DNA of 64,000 bases from positions 124,001 through 188,000 of the forward strand of contig BCIN01000001.1 in the NCBI GenBank assembly GCA_039545335.1. The letters run 5' to 3'. Source of the stretch: Kondoa subrosea. Lineage: Eukaryota. The translations under genes were made by a program, and so were the position numbers. Shown here piece by piece: positions 40,405-54,221 of this stretch (positions within the stretch are counted from its first letter, which is position 1; every line of letters starts with the position of its first letter). Under the pieces are notes generated by a model. The model searched no databases, was not told the DNA's origin, and saw only the letters and a list, made by a program, of their open reading frames with translations.

Positions 40405-43072
40405 ATGTCGGCTATGTATTCCAGCGTCAATCGAAGATCGAGTCCGAATCCTTTCGAAGATGGAGAGGATCAATTCGCTATGTCCTCCTCTCCTTCTCTA
40501 GCTACACCATCCTACAGCAGTCGAAGGAGAAGTAGGACCAACAGAAAGAAATGGATCATGGCCGGATCAGCACTTTTCGTTTCTGTGGCATTAGCTTCTA
40601 TTCTTGGAGGTGTCCTTGGTTCTAGGTCTTATGCAGACAGTAGAACAGATTCAGCTAGAGACGCCGTCAAGAACTCAGGAGATCGGGCTGCTGTCGTAGA
40701 AGAAGATCCTGCTCAATTGGGACCTACAGACGGTTCTGCTATTCAATTCGGCTATCCTGGTGATGTCGTAACGACAGAGTGGGTACCATTGAACGCTGTG
40801 TGAATAATGTGCTGATAGCAGCTTTCTGAAGGGATGGCTCTACATTCATCTACAATAATACCTTCGGTGGTTATTTCGTTTCAACGCCTTATGCAGACGT
40901 AGCAAGATCAAGGAACGATACACCTGCGTTGAACGAAACGTGGGACTATTCTCGGGATTCCATCAAGTAAGTTGCAACACCGCCGCTTACCTAAAATAGT
41001 GATTGACTCTCGTAATCTTGTAGCGGTGTGAACATCGGAGGGTATGCAGATTGATCTGCTGATTTGCAGAGGAGTCACTGACCATTCGACATACAGATGG
41101 CTAGTCATTGAACCCTTCATCACTGTCGCACCATTCGAACAGTACAATGATGTAAGCATCTCTGTTATTGTGCATTCTTCGATACTGACACCGCTTACTA
41201 AAAGACCGTACTGGACGAATATGATCTCTCAATTGCTCTCGGAACAAACATGTCAACTTACATTGAAAACCATTACAAGACATTCATTACTGAACAAGAT
41301 TTCGCCGAGATCGCTGGAGCCGGTCTCAACTGGATTCGTCTGCCCATAGGTTACTGGGCTATCGAAACTTGGACAGGCGAACCTTATTTGGAAGGCGTGT
41401 CTTGGCAGTATTTCGTCAAAGCTTTGAACTGGGCAAGAAAGTATGGTCTGAGAGTGGAAGTAGATCTGCATACCGTGCCCGGATCTCAGAATGGTTTGGT
41501 CAGTCGATCTTGCTTCTCGCTCTGAATTCAAGCTCACCGAATAATAGAACCATTCTGGGAAATTCGGTCGTGTTGGATTCTTGAATGGCGTCATGGGTAT
41601 CACCAACGCTCAACGAACACTCAACTACATTCGAACCATTGTGGAATTCATTTCTCAGCCTCAATACAAGAATGTCGCTCAGATGTTCATGCCTGTCAAC
41701 GAAGCTTACGTGACTACTATTGGATCAGATGTTATGAGAGAATTGTGGGTGCTCTAAGCGGATTGGCTTTGCAATCAGTGCTTAAAGAAGTGTGCTGCAG
41801 CTACCTTGAAGCTTACGAAGTGATACGAAACGCAACTCTCGTTGGACAAGGAAACGGTCCTTTTATGACTATCCATGATGGCTTCATTGGTCAAAGCGCA
41901 TGGTATGATTTCTTGCCAGGGGCAGATCGGCTAGCGATAGGTAAATCCGCTATTTCTATCTATCTAGGACAGCTTGTTGACATAGATCTCACAGAAACCC
42001 ATCACTATCTCGCTTTCACACCAGACAGTTCCGGTGTTTCTATGCAGTCTCTCATCACCAGACCTTGCTCTTGGTGGGCCGGAGGATACAACACTACTCG
42101 CAATCAATTCGGTTTCGTTCTGTCTGGAGAATGGTCGCTGGTGAGTCAGGTTCAGTCATCAGGCAACAAATATTGATGGAAATTGATAGGCGACTAACGA
42201 CTGCGGCAAATACTTGAATGGTGTTGGACTCGGGTCAAACTACGATGGAACTTACAACTCATGGGGAACTGGTCGCACTTATGGCTCTTGCGATCAATTT
42301 ACCGATGTTGATCTGTTCACCGATGACTACAAGAGACAGCTGCGGGATCTTATGACTTCTTATTGGGATGCGACAAGGTTTGGCTTATTCTGTTTCTCTT
42401 TCTTCCTTGGCTGAAATTCTGAAAAGGAACTTCCAATTCTGGACCTGGAAGATAGCTCCCTCCAGCATCGATGGCAAGATTCCTAATCCCTTATGGTCAT
42501 ATCAACTAGGTTTACAAGAAAATTATATACCTCAAGACCCAAGACCAGCATCATACTTGGGCGCCTGCGATCGTCTATCAAGTCAATACGGACTTCCAGG
42601 CAAACAAGCAGTTGCATGGACACCTCCTCTTCAAGCATACATGACCGGTGGTCTCGGAGCAGGCAACATCCCAGCAAGCGCAACTTCGAACCTGACTTGG
42701 CCTCCTGCTACCCTCACAAACATCCCCAACGCATCTCGATTACCTTATCTGACTGCTACCGGAACACCTATTACTCTACCGCCTGCAGCGGCAACTTCTG
42801 GGGTTACGGATACCGGCGGATGGGCAAACCAAGCAGACACAGCAAGTTGGCTCGTGTCAGTTTCAGGCTGTCAATATCAAGATGCGTATGTGACGAATGG
42901 CAACACTCCTGGATCAAGGTGCACAGGTGGTCCATCAGCGGGTTCTATTGGTCCTAATCCAACTTCTACACCTTCGACATCGACCCTAGTACCTAATGCT
43001 ACTTTACCAGCTTCACCCGCCTCAGCTGTCCTCTCTGCAGCGACTACACCGACTGCATCTGCGTCGATCTAA
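40405..43072 (+). CDS. GH5 exo-beta-1,3-glucanase with an N-terminal membrane anchor (ExgD-like)
   Basis: GVNIGGWLVIEPFIT, HYKTFITEQDFAEIAGAGLNWIRLPIGYW, DLHTVPGSQNG.NHSG, acid/base VNEA, nucleophile GEWS, FWTWK. Confidence 0.9.
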
Positions 43073-43363
43073 AAAGAAGAAGAAGAGGAATGTACAGATC
43101 TCGTATGGACATTTAGTATTGTCGACTTTCATTTTAGCATAATAGCATTGTCCATAGTTTTGCAAAAGAAGAATACGAGCATCTCAATCCGATATTACTG
43201 TCTTCCTCTTTAGAGATGACTCCAGTGACGCTCGCCGAGCGAGTTGACGACAAGCTGTTATCTGCTCGCCGGGTTGACTTGCATCAGCGAGTTGGATCAT
43301 ACCTTGTGATCTCGTTACCCCCCTCGCTAGGACTTTGAGCGCTACAGCAGAGCTTCCTTCGAA

Positions 43364-46300
43364 ATGGTACGCGCTCGCAATCGTCCGAACTTGTGTTTGG
43401 GCGTTTCGGAATCTCATCATTCGAACAGGCTCCATCTCGAAAAGCTGCTGCTAAGAAAGCTGCGGCAGCTCAAGGCAATGCACCTCCTGCTACTTCTACT
43501 GGTGGGAAAGCCAAGTTCGCAAAGGTTTGTCTCTTCTTGTTGTCATTTCGGTCGAGGTATATATGTCTGAGCTCTCGGGGGTGATCAGGCGGATTGGAAG
43601 GAAGGTTTCAAGAAGAAGTGAGACTCAAAGCGAATGGATTTGGATTGAGCTGATAAAGAAGAACAGACAAGCAGGTGTTAGCGATATGACCTTGCTCAGC
43701 ACAATCAGCAACGAGTCGATCAATGACAATCTGCAAAAGCGGTTCGAGAATGCGGACATCTATGTACGCATTGGGTCTATCGATAGTGAAGAGTGACGGC
43801 TGATTGGCAAAGCAGACCTATATCGGTCATGTCTTGATTTCCGTCAATCCCTTTCGGTTACTACGTAGGTGATGCTTCTGCTATTCAGTCTTCAGCTGAT
43901 GTAGCGATGTACGCCATCCTACAGCTATCTATGATGATGCTACCTTACACTCCTACCGAAACAAAAATAGGCTAGAAATGCCTCCGCATGTCTACAGTAT
44001 AGGTATGTTAAGTCTCCTCTGCTCATTTCTGTACACTCAAGACTATTCTAGCTGAGACAATGTACTATAATATGCTGGCATACAAAGAGAATCAATGCGT
44101 TATTATTTCCGGAGAATCAGGAGCAGGCAAAACAGAAGCAGCCAAGAAGATTATGGAATATATAGCTGCTGTAGCTGGTGCAAGTGGAGGAGCAGGCGGA
44201 GGAGGATTATCGAAAGTGAAAGATATGGTTCTTGCTACCAATCCTTTGCTGGAGAGTTTCGGTTGTGCTAAAACGTTGAGGAACAACAATTCTTCTCGTC
44301 ATGTGGGTCGATGGGCTTTGTGTGCTGTTCGTCAGCTCATATGTCTCTATACCTGCAGGGCAAGTACCTCGAAATCGAATTCAATAGTCAAGGTTCACCA
44401 GTTGGGGCTCATATTACCAATTACCTACTAGAAAAAGGCCGAGTAGTAGGTCAACTGAAGCAAGAACGTAACTTCCATATCTTCTACCAGTTCACCAAAG
44501 CAGCTTCAGCAGCACAAAGAGAAGCTTTCGGTATTCAAGATCCTTCAGCCTACGCCTATACTGCAAATGCCGGTTGCTTAGATGTAGACGGAATCAATGA
44601 CTCAAACGATTGGAAAGATACTCTAGGCGCAATGGCAACTATTGGTATACCGCCTGATGAGCAAGATAGCATCCTGCGAGTCCTCGCTACGATCTTATGG
44701 TTAGGCAATGTGAATTTCGTCAACAACGAAGAAGGCAACGCAGGAATAGAAGATGAAGGTGTACCTAATTTCGTCGCTTATCTCATGGAAGCGGATCCAT
44801 CAGCTGTTCAGAAAGCTTTAACTCAAAGAATCATGGAAACGGCTCGTGGAATTGGAAGAAGAGGAAGTGTTTATGAAGTACCTATGAATCGAAATCAAGC
44901 TATTGCTGCTAGAGATGCGTTGGCCAAAAGTTTGTATGATCATTTGTTTGAGTGGATCGTTGGAAGAGTCAATGTTGCTATGAAAGCTACTCAAGAGGCG
45001 GATTTGATCATCGGTGTGCTTGATATCTACGGCTTCGAGATCTTCCAGGTCAGACATGTGCATACGATTTGTCAAGAGTGGCTGACGAGGTGTTTTCAGA
45101 ATAATTCGTTTGAGCAACTATGCATCAATTATGTCAACGAAAAATTACAGTCAGTAGAGGGCTAATCATGTATGTAGAAGTAGATCTAATCACAAGAGTT
45201 CTTTTGCTGACAGGCAAATCTTCATTCAACTTACGCTCAAGACTGAGCAAGAAGAATATGTGCGGGAACAGATCAAATGGACACCTATCGATTATTTCAA
45301 CAACAAAGTGAGCGACACTAGTATGCTATTCCGTCTGCGCTCACTAAATGTTCCCGATTCCAGGTCGTGTGCGATCTGATCGAGGAGAAACGTCCACCCG
45401 GAGTCTTCGCAGCCTTGAACGATGCTTGTGCCACAGCTCACGCTGATCCAACAGCGGCCGATAGCTCCTTTGTTCAGCGTCTATCTTCCTTATCATCAAA
45501 TCAATACTTTGAAAGCCGAGGAGACAAGTACATCATCAAGCATTATGCAGGAGATGTTACATATAACATCGCTGGAATGACTGACAAAAACAAAGACACC
45601 CTGAGCAAAGATCTGCTCGACTTGGTCCTGTCCAGTCCCAATGCCTTCCTTCAGAAATTATTCCCAGAACGACCTGACCCAGACTCCAAGAAGCGTCCAC
45701 CTACTGCTGGCGACAAAATCAAGACCTCTGCCAACGCTCTCGTTGAAAAATTGATGCGATCGCAACCTAGTTATATTCGAACCATCAAGCCGAATCAGAA
45801 TAAGAGTCCTTCTGAATATGATTCGAAAGCGATTTTGCATCAGATCAAATACCTTGGTTTGCAAGAGAATATCAGAGTACGAAGAGCAGGTTTTGCCTAC
45901 CGGAACACTTTCGAGAAGATGGTTGAAAGGTGCGAGATGAGCGACTCAGGCCGGCTCTCTGGCTAATGTACGCTTCTCTTAACAGATTCTACCTGTTATC
46001 ACCTGCTACCTCATATGCCGGCGATTATACATGGCAAGGCGATGCAAAGTCTGGTTGTCAACAAATACTTAAAGACGTGGGCATTGCGAGGGAGGAATGG
46101 CAGATGGGCACGACAAAAGCTTTCATCAAGACTCCTGAGACGGTAAGGCTATTCATGCGGGATATCAACCCATCTCACATGTATCTCTAGCTGTTTGCGC
46201 TCGAACATATGCGAGATCGATATTGGCATAACATGGCAGCAAGGATACAACGCTGCTTCCGAAATTATATTAGGCGGAAGCATGAGGCAATCACCAAAAT

Positions 46301-48044
46301 CCAGCAATTCTGGCTTGACAAGAAGATCAACCTCGAATTAGCTCAGCTCCGAGACTATAGTCATCAAGTCCTCGGTCAGCGGAAAGAAAGGCGGCGGCAT
46401 AGTTTGTCCAGTATGCGGTCTTTTCAAGGTGACTACCTCGATGTCGGGACCGACTCGCCGCAAGGTGAAGTAATCCGCAACGCTTGCAATATTTCTCGTG
46501 CGTGATGTTGTACTACGGAATTTTCGACTCATGTCTTGCTCTTCTCAGGCGGAGAAACAGTAGTATTTAGTATGAATGGACAAATATTGGTATCAAAGCT
46601 TGGAAGATCGAGTGTACGAAGTCCTCGTTATCTGGTTCTGGTAAGCCCACACCAGTTATGATTGATTCATGCTCATTGCCTTGCAGACAAATCAAGCAGT
46701 CTACATCGCTATCACTCAGCTTGTTCAGGGAAGGCCAGCAACTTCACTTGAGCGGAAAATCCCTCTTGCTACGCTGAATGGAGTCTCAATGTCGACACTA
46801 AAAGATGACTGGATCGTCAGATTATTTCCTTCTTGTACTCTGCAAGGTACTGATAATCTTGCAGATTCTCAATTGCTCAGGCATGGAGGAAGATCCTGTA
46901 TTGACATGCGTTTTCAAGACTGAATTCTTGACACATCTAATGCGGCAGACCAATGGAAGCTTGCAGGTCAATATTGCACCTCAGTTAGTTCATGTTGCGG
47001 AGCCGTTTAGCTTTAGCTGAGATTCTTCAGAATCGAATATAAGAAAAAGAAGGACAAGAAGGCGTCGATCAAATTTATCAAGGACGAAAGTCTTGGGACA
47101 GAAGATGTGTACAAAAGTTCCACTGTCAGCGTAGCGTCAGGGGAACCAGCAACCAGTGTGTCGAATCCCCGCCCGATCAGAGACAGATCAGCAAGGCCAA
47201 ATGGCAATACAACCCGAAGAGCACCAGCTCAGCCCCAGGCAGCAGCACCAGTAAGTCTGCTTTCTTGTATCACAGAGCCTGGCTCAACCTCACCTACTAA
47301 CAGCGGAAAGCTCCTGCTGCTCGACCCATGCCTGGACCTTCAGTAGCTGCGAAACAACCTCCCATGGCACCTCCTCCGCCATCAAACTCTCGGAAACCTA
47401 TGGCTCCTCCTCAAAAGCCTGTTGTACCTGCAGCTCCTCAGGCAGTCGCGAACATTGCGAAACCGATGCCAGCATCTATACCAATTCCTACTGCTGCGAA
47501 GCCCACGTCAAATGGCACACCAAGTAGAGGCCCACCGCCACCACCGCCAGCGCCTAGCCGAGCTCCTCCGCCGGCTGCGCCCCAGCGAGATCAATACAAA
47601 TGTCTTTTCGATTTCAGCGCCGAACAGGCTGGTGAGATTGACCTAACTAAAGGCGAGATAGTCGAGCTAGTCAAGCAGGAGGATACTGGTATGTATTTCC
47701 AATCTCTCCGCACTGCGATGCTGACGACTTTGAAAGGCTGGTGGCTTGTAAAGAAAACGACAGGGGAAGGTTATGCGCCTTCGAATTATCTCGAGTTGAT
47801 GAGTAAAGCCAAAGCACCAAGTCGACCTCCTCCTCCTCCGAAACCCTCCAGAGCTGCTCTTGGTAGTGGCACATCGACACCGCAAGGATCAGGTATACGC
47901 TTTTCAAGTGCTCGTTTTCGAGTCTCGCTGATGTTCGATGTAGCTATGAACGGCTCCCGTGTATCGACAAATACCAGCAGTGGGGGCATGGATAACAACG
48001 CTCTGGCTGCTGCTTTGGCGCAAAGATTGAAAAATATGAGTTAA
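43364..48044 (+). CDS. MYO1: class I myosin
   Basis: [22 protein letters not shown] site [17 protein letters not shown] motifs, TH1, Pro-rich region and SH3. Confidence 0.95.
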
Positions 48045-48263
48045 TCGGGTTGTCAAAATAGGCTATGGACTTTCAATGAGGACTAATGACATGCATCTGC
48101 AGAAGTAGTATTGCTATGCAAAATTTCTCAGGCTAGCACAGCCACTTACTCCGACGATGCTCGCGTGTCGGCGCGCTTCGCCAATTTCATCTTTGCTTTC
48201 GACATGCTGTGACCAAAACGTAAAGCTGTATCTCCGAATCTAACGCACGAGAGCTGTGCTGCA

Positions 48264-50415
48264 ATGACCAGACACCAGAAATCTGTGTCCGTGGACACTC
48301 AAATGTCGAATTTCTCGGTCGATGATGCAGAAGAGAATGAGCCTTTCTTGCCAACTGAAGCCCAAGAGCCAGTCAAGAAGAAAGCAACACCTCTTCCGCT
48401 CGTACAATTAGGCATACTGGCGTTCCTCCGTCTCGCGGAACCGACAGCTTTCTATTGTGTCTTGTGCGCTCGATCTTGTGGAAGCTCTCTGAAACCTAGT
48501 CGATTGATTGTGATGCTAGTCCTTTTCTCCCCGCTATGGTGATTGACAGCGGACTGGTTTTGCGTAGAGAAGAAGCTGGTTATCTTGCGGGACTGGTTGA
48601 ATCACTTTTTGCGATGACACAGCTCTTCACTATGTTTGCTTTTATGTTGTACTGTTACTGGCTTGAACTAAAACCTCGTCCAATAGTTTCTACTTTGGGC
48701 GTCTTTCCGATCGAATGTATGTCAAGAGGCTCTTCGGTATCAACTTTCTGGTCGCTCATGTTTGTGCTTCTTGGACTGCGTAGAGGAAGGAAGTCAGTAA
48801 TGGCCGTAGGACTGCTTGGCTCGGCTGTGTCTCAGATATTGTTTGGGCTGTCAAAGAGTTTCTGGGCAATTTGTCTTTCCCGCTGCTTAAATGGCGCATT
48901 GTGAGTGACTGGCAGAAATTGTTCTCCATCGAATTTGATGTCTCGCTGCAGAAATGGAAATGCAACGGTGATCAGGTGCAGCGGACATGCATTGAGTTCG
49001 GTTGACATTTAACAAAACACACAGGTCCATGATCGCGGAGAATACGGACGCAAGCAATCAGGCAAGGGCCTTTACATTGTTTCCAATTGTTGCTGGCATA
49101 GGTTCTTGTAAGCTATCTCGGTTATACTGTACACATGCTGATTGTCGTTAGTAATCAGCTCTGTAAGTCTCAGTCCCTCACTGCAACACAGCATTGATGC
49201 TCGTGATCATTTAGCGGTCCTCTTATTGGTGGCTACTTAGCAAATCCAGCAGAAGCATACCCGATATTCGATAATTTGTTCTTCCGCACATATCCATACT
49301 TTGCGCCATGCTTCGTCTGTACGTTACTCGATTCGGACTTGTCACGTCTTGTGATGTTCTCTATGCAGCGGCAATGTTACCTCTTTCTGGCTTCTTCATC
49401 GCATTACCATTCCTTAACGAAACCCTTCCACCGTCTTTGCGCAATAATAGACCCACGGCGACAGGCGGCAAATCACTAACGATACCCGTTCGTCAATTAT
49501 TGACATCTCAAGTCCGATTCATCCTGCTCAACTACTCCCTGCTCATCATCAGCTCGACATCTTTTCTGGCCATCACACCTTTGTTCACTTTCACCCCATT
49601 ACCTAAAGGGCTAGGATTTACACAGAATCAGACTGGACTCTTGCTAGCGTTCAGAGGTGAGCCACTTCTCGTCGAACCAAACCAAACCAAATCTCATTGA
49701 ATGTAAACAGGCGTTTGCATGATTTTTACCCAAGTCTTCGTCTTCCCACCTCTCGAGCAGAAATATGGCTGTTCTCGTTTAATGAAGCTACTGGTACTCT
49801 TCTTCCCTTGCGTCTTTATGATCTATCCGGCTATGTTGCCAATAGCAAGATTGGGTCAAACGACTTTAGTCTGGGTAGGATTAGTTGTATGCATGATACT
49901 GTGGTCATTAGGAACGATGGCTTTCTCCTGTAACAATGTAAGCTTACCGTTTCCCAATCTAATCTGTCTCAATTGAATAATATCTTGATCAGGTTCTGGT
50001 TACTCAAGCTGCCCCGACGCGTAATAGTCTAGGGAGCCTGAACGGCCTTGTACAGGTTCGTCTCGCGCTTATCTACTTCAGTGTGGTACTGATCTCTTTG
50101 CAGACCTGTGCCAGTGGAATGCGAGCCATGTAAGCTGCAACCTTTCCTAATTTGATGACTCTTGGGCTGATAAATGCACAGAACACCGGCCTTGGCATCT
50201 GTGTTATACGCTTTGTCTGTCGACAAACAAGTGCTGAACGGAAACCTGTTCGTATCTGTCGCGAGCTTTGCATACTAGCTGATCGAGTCACAATTAGCAT
50301 TTGGGTCTGTCTAGGAATAGTCGGAATAGCATTAGTCATTGGCAGTCGCTTTATCACGGAAGGCGAAGGTCTTTGGCGATTAGAGAAAAGTATAGAAGAA
50401 GATGAAAATGCATAA
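48264..50415 (+). CDS. major facilitator superfamily transporter
   Basis: TPLPLVQL...AEP; GRLSDR.GRK motif A; SRCLNGALNGN; ENTDASNQARAF; GPLIGGYLANPA..YPYF. Confidence 0.88.
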
Positions 50416-50538
50416 TGTTCTTCATGCTCGGTTACGCGCAGCCTCGCACGGGTAGAGCGAACGATGATAAGTTAACATGCTGTCTAATGCACAAGGAACC
50501 GCGATAGTTGAAACTACTCTACAGAATCCGCTCACAGA

Positions 50539-52846
50539 CTACTCGGAATCTTCAACTTTAGGCCTCTTCGTCTTTCTGCCTTCTTCCTCTTCTGGTTCAA
50601 TGACAGCTTCTGGCATATGAACTTCTCCATCGACCGCAACGAAGCCTTCAGGTAAAGGATGAAGACCAGTAAGAACAGCAGCAGCTTCGTCAATATGTGG
50701 CAGAGGCACTGCGGCGTCCTCAGCTTCGGCCTTTACTTTCTTCGCTGGTGTTGCTCGTTTCTTAGCTGGCGTTTTGCGTTTCGGTTTATCTGGAATTTCT
50801 TCCATTTCCTCATCGATTTCATCCTCATCTTTCACCACCTTCGTCTTCTTTGCAGGCGTTTTCCTTTTGGCTGGAGTCTTTTTCGGTTTCTCTTCAACTT
50901 CTTCTCCTTCTACTCCGTTTTCCGCTTCAGCCTTTACTTTCTTTGTAGGAGTAGCACGTTTCCTCTTTTTCGGAGCAGGAGTGATCGGATTGCCTTCTTC
51001 ATCCAATTCTGGGTTCTCCAAACCTTCATCGTCTTCCTCGTCTTTCGCCTTCTTCTTTTTGTTTGACTTTCGACCTTTTGTAGCAAGCGTTTCCACATCA
51101 GCCGGAGGACGTAAACTTTCTGTTCGTTTAAAGAACAATCAGATAAATATTCCAATGACAGTAATCGATGAAGCAAGAAACGAACTGTATATAGTAGGAG
51201 CAAGATCATACATCCTATACATTTCGAAAACAGCTTGTTCTTTATCTTTAGCTTCTAACATGAGATCCATATCGTCTGGTAAATCAGGTGGTAAATTCTT
51301 GCATCGATCTGAATGAGCTCTTCTTTCCATAACAGTAACCGCTCCAGGTCTAGGTTCAGATAAATGTTGTTTAGGTTTAATACCTTTTTTAGTCCAGGTA
51401 GCTAGGATTCGAGGCATGAGTTCTGATACTGGTTGAGAAGAGGGGTAAATCCAATCGTGGTGATAATCGAAAACCATTGGAATGTTCACTGAGATCCTGT
51501 CTTTTAAGCACTTTTCTTTACCTCTAACAAAGAACAAGAACTCACTTTCTTCACAGATTGGTAAAAGATCATCAACATTGTAGCAAATCTCATCGTTTTC
51601 CAAAACCAAACGACCTTTAACGTTGTCTGGTAATTTAGCATAGTTTTCTTTCATTCTTTCCAGAGTACCAGCTTTGTCGCCAAACACTCCACCACCATGA
51701 ATGATCATGACACTATCTTGATCCAAACCCATTCGATCAATCATTTCGCAGTGATCTGTATTTGCCCTAATTGCATAAGTAAACGCCTATCAAGAGGGAA
51801 GAAGGAACTGACATTTTAGATCTCGGAAAGCGTTATCGACGACTTGTTGCCTCGGTGAACCCAATTGAGTGAATTGACCAGGATGTCTGTCCATACCAAA
51901 CAACACCAATCAGCAAAAAGCTAATCTTGATGTTGAAAGTACTGACGTAGTTAAACGATGTCCATACTTCTTTGCTAAATCACCAGCAGCAGTCAATTCT
52001 TCTTGAGCATATTCTAGATCATAGCCATATTCTGGATGTGAAGCGAAAGGGAACATTTCTGATGACATTCGCATGAATCGGATTTGACTGTACACATTAT
52101 TGAGCGGGGTTCTACTCCTTCAGGAACAAAGGGAGCCTACTTGTCTTCGTTCCATTGAATGAGTTTGCAGAGATCCTGTTCATCAAGGCCACATATTGAG
52201 CTCTCCTTCGAGCTGTAAGTGACCAACACGAACCCTCATATTCTGCTTGCCCAATTCCTTCATATATTCAACACCTTTCTCTTTGATAGTAGCGATCCTC
52301 AGAGTTCTTGAGCAAAAGATAGGTTCCGGTTTCTTTGCTCTCAGAATGGTATTGAGACACGCATATCCTGTTCGTACCTTGTTGACCAAACGCTCCTGAT
52401 GTGCGAAAATGAATAGGGGACGAACCTAATCTACCTTTAAAAGTAGTAGTCTTCTTTTCCACGTCGGGAATTTCAAAATCAGGTGTAGGTTTTCTAGCTC
52501 TAGGTTTCCTTTTCTTCTTCTCCTTGACAGGTTTCTCTTCTTCTTCATGTTCTGACTCCAAAGGTGTTAAGTCAGACTTATCCCCTTCTTCTGAGTTTGA
52601 ATCCATGTTGGATTTGATTGTACTGGAAGCTAGAGTAGCAGCTTTCCTTTTTGGTGTTTTGAGTAAAACAGGAGGTGCTAATTGGGAGATGTCAGGTAAT
52701 GGAATAGCAGCGTTTTCTAAATCTGAGGAGGCCATTTTGAAACGCTGAGAATGAAGAGTACTGGGGAATGAGATGTATCTTGCTGTGTTCAATGAGTATG
52801 CTAGAGATCTACTACTTTGCTTGATTAAGAAGGGTCTCAGGAGCAT
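50539..52846 (-). CDS. UVE1: UV damage endonuclease UvdE (second in-frame ATG at 52735)
   Basis: KGRLGYACLNT, FCSRT, FMRMSSEMFPFASHP, HPGQFTQLGSPR, RLVLENDE, FDYHH, KQHLSEPRPGA, RRAHSDRC, MLEAKDKEQA. Confidence 0.95.
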
Positions 52847-52927
52847 ACAACAGTGGCAGAGAAAAGGGTGAAGAAACTCTCGAGTGAGGAATTCAAACGA
52901 AACGGGATCGCCAAAAACATCGTCATT

Positions 52928-52939
52928 CGTCACGTGACG
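52928..52939. promoter_or_regulatory. 12-bp palindrome CGTCACGTGACG (E-box/CRE-like) upstream of UVE1
   Basis: Perfect palindrome ~80 bp upstream of the first ATG, next to a minus-strand TATAAAT. Confidence 0.4.
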
Positions 52940-53487
52940 GGATTTATAACCTTTGAAAGCGGTAAAGCCTGCTAAAGAGGCTGCTTTCACTGTGATATTT
53001 AGAGTCTTTAATGTGCTATGTAATGACTGTGCGAAAATATAAGAAAGACATTTCCAAAAGTGGGTTTGCTACCGCAGTATCTTTGAAGTAGCTCAGCATC
53101 GAAGCATTGTGTTCTGCGCAGTCACTCTGTAGAGGGAAGCTATACCTTTCGATAGGAGACAACTCGAGAGAAGTAATAGAACCATATCAAATCAATTTGA
53201 ATAGTGCCTCGAGTGTACTTAATTCCCCATCGACATAGAAAGACAACATTCCTGTGAACGTGAAGTTTGAAAAGCATGAGAACATGAAAGTCGGCCAAGA
53301 AGAGCAAGAACCGAGATGCATATCGCCGCGGAGCATACAGGGTGCCAACTGAGTGTTGCATGGCTGAGCGATAGAAATAAAGTAATAAGAGACACGCGTG
53401 AGATAGAGAAGCTCTCGATGTACAGAGACAGCATGTACAGATTAAAGAGAACAAGTAAATAGCTTATCCTCTATCAGCGACTTCTGT

Positions 53488-54167
53488 ATGAATTTAGCAG
53501 GAGAAAGAGTTCGAAATGATTTGCCTATAGTGGATGAAGAATGGGAGTACATTGTAGAATCAGATGAAGAGGATGATGAAGAGTACGAAACGGAAGAGGT
53601 GCGGCGTCGAATTGAAAGAGGAAACAATATACAGATTGCTGATCAAAGGGCACGCGAGCAGGTGTCTTACTTGATATTGGATCCTGGAGCAGATTTACAT
53701 GCTCAGCATTTAGCTAGCTGTAAAGAGATACAAATATCAGTGAGTTGATTGTCGAATGACAAGCGTCCAAAAAATGCTGAATAGTGAGCAAGGGCCTCAA
53801 TACAGCTCAGCCTTACGTTCGAATAGGATCTAAAGTGTATGAAGCTCAACATGAAACTCTACTTGGTTCTGAATTATTGCTGAAAGAGCATCCACCTACT
53901 GCCAATCCTCAAAACGGAGAAAAGGCTATTCCATCTCATACACCTTTCGCTCTGACTAGCAAACATCTTCGTATGCAGCGAATTGAGCTGACCGAGAAGA
54001 ACTCAGCTGAAGACACGACCGGTCCAATCAAACAGAAGAAGAGAGCAGGCAGACCTTCAGCAGCAAAGAAAGGTAGCACATCGAGTACAAAGAAAGCTAA
54101 GAATACAAGTAAATCACAATCGCCAACTGCAGACACACCACCAGATGAAGACTCTCTTCTTGGCTGA
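53488..54167 (+). CDS. TFIIIC triple-barrel domain subunit (Sfc7/GTF3C6-like)
   Basis: Acidic N-terminus EEWEY...YETEE, then YLILD...IQISGLNTAQPYVRIGSKVYEAQHETLLGSELLL. Confidence 0.7.
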
Positions 54168-54221
54168 ATTTCTTCTCTTTTCCCCTTCGAACACCACTCA
54201 AGACAATGTGTTTCGCGGACA

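Noticed and set aside
41698..41706. GH5 acid/base motif NEA instead of NEP
   Set aside because: The catalytic Glu is retained; a minor variant, not evidence of inactivity.
51139..51190. Apparent hydrophobic C-terminal anchor on UvdE (SSFLASSITVIGIFI*)
   Set aside because: It is translated intron; splicing continues into the SLRPPAD exon.
50659..51316. Long Phe/Ser-rich plus-strand ORFs
   Set aside because: Antisense shadows of the Lys/Glu-rich UvdE tail.
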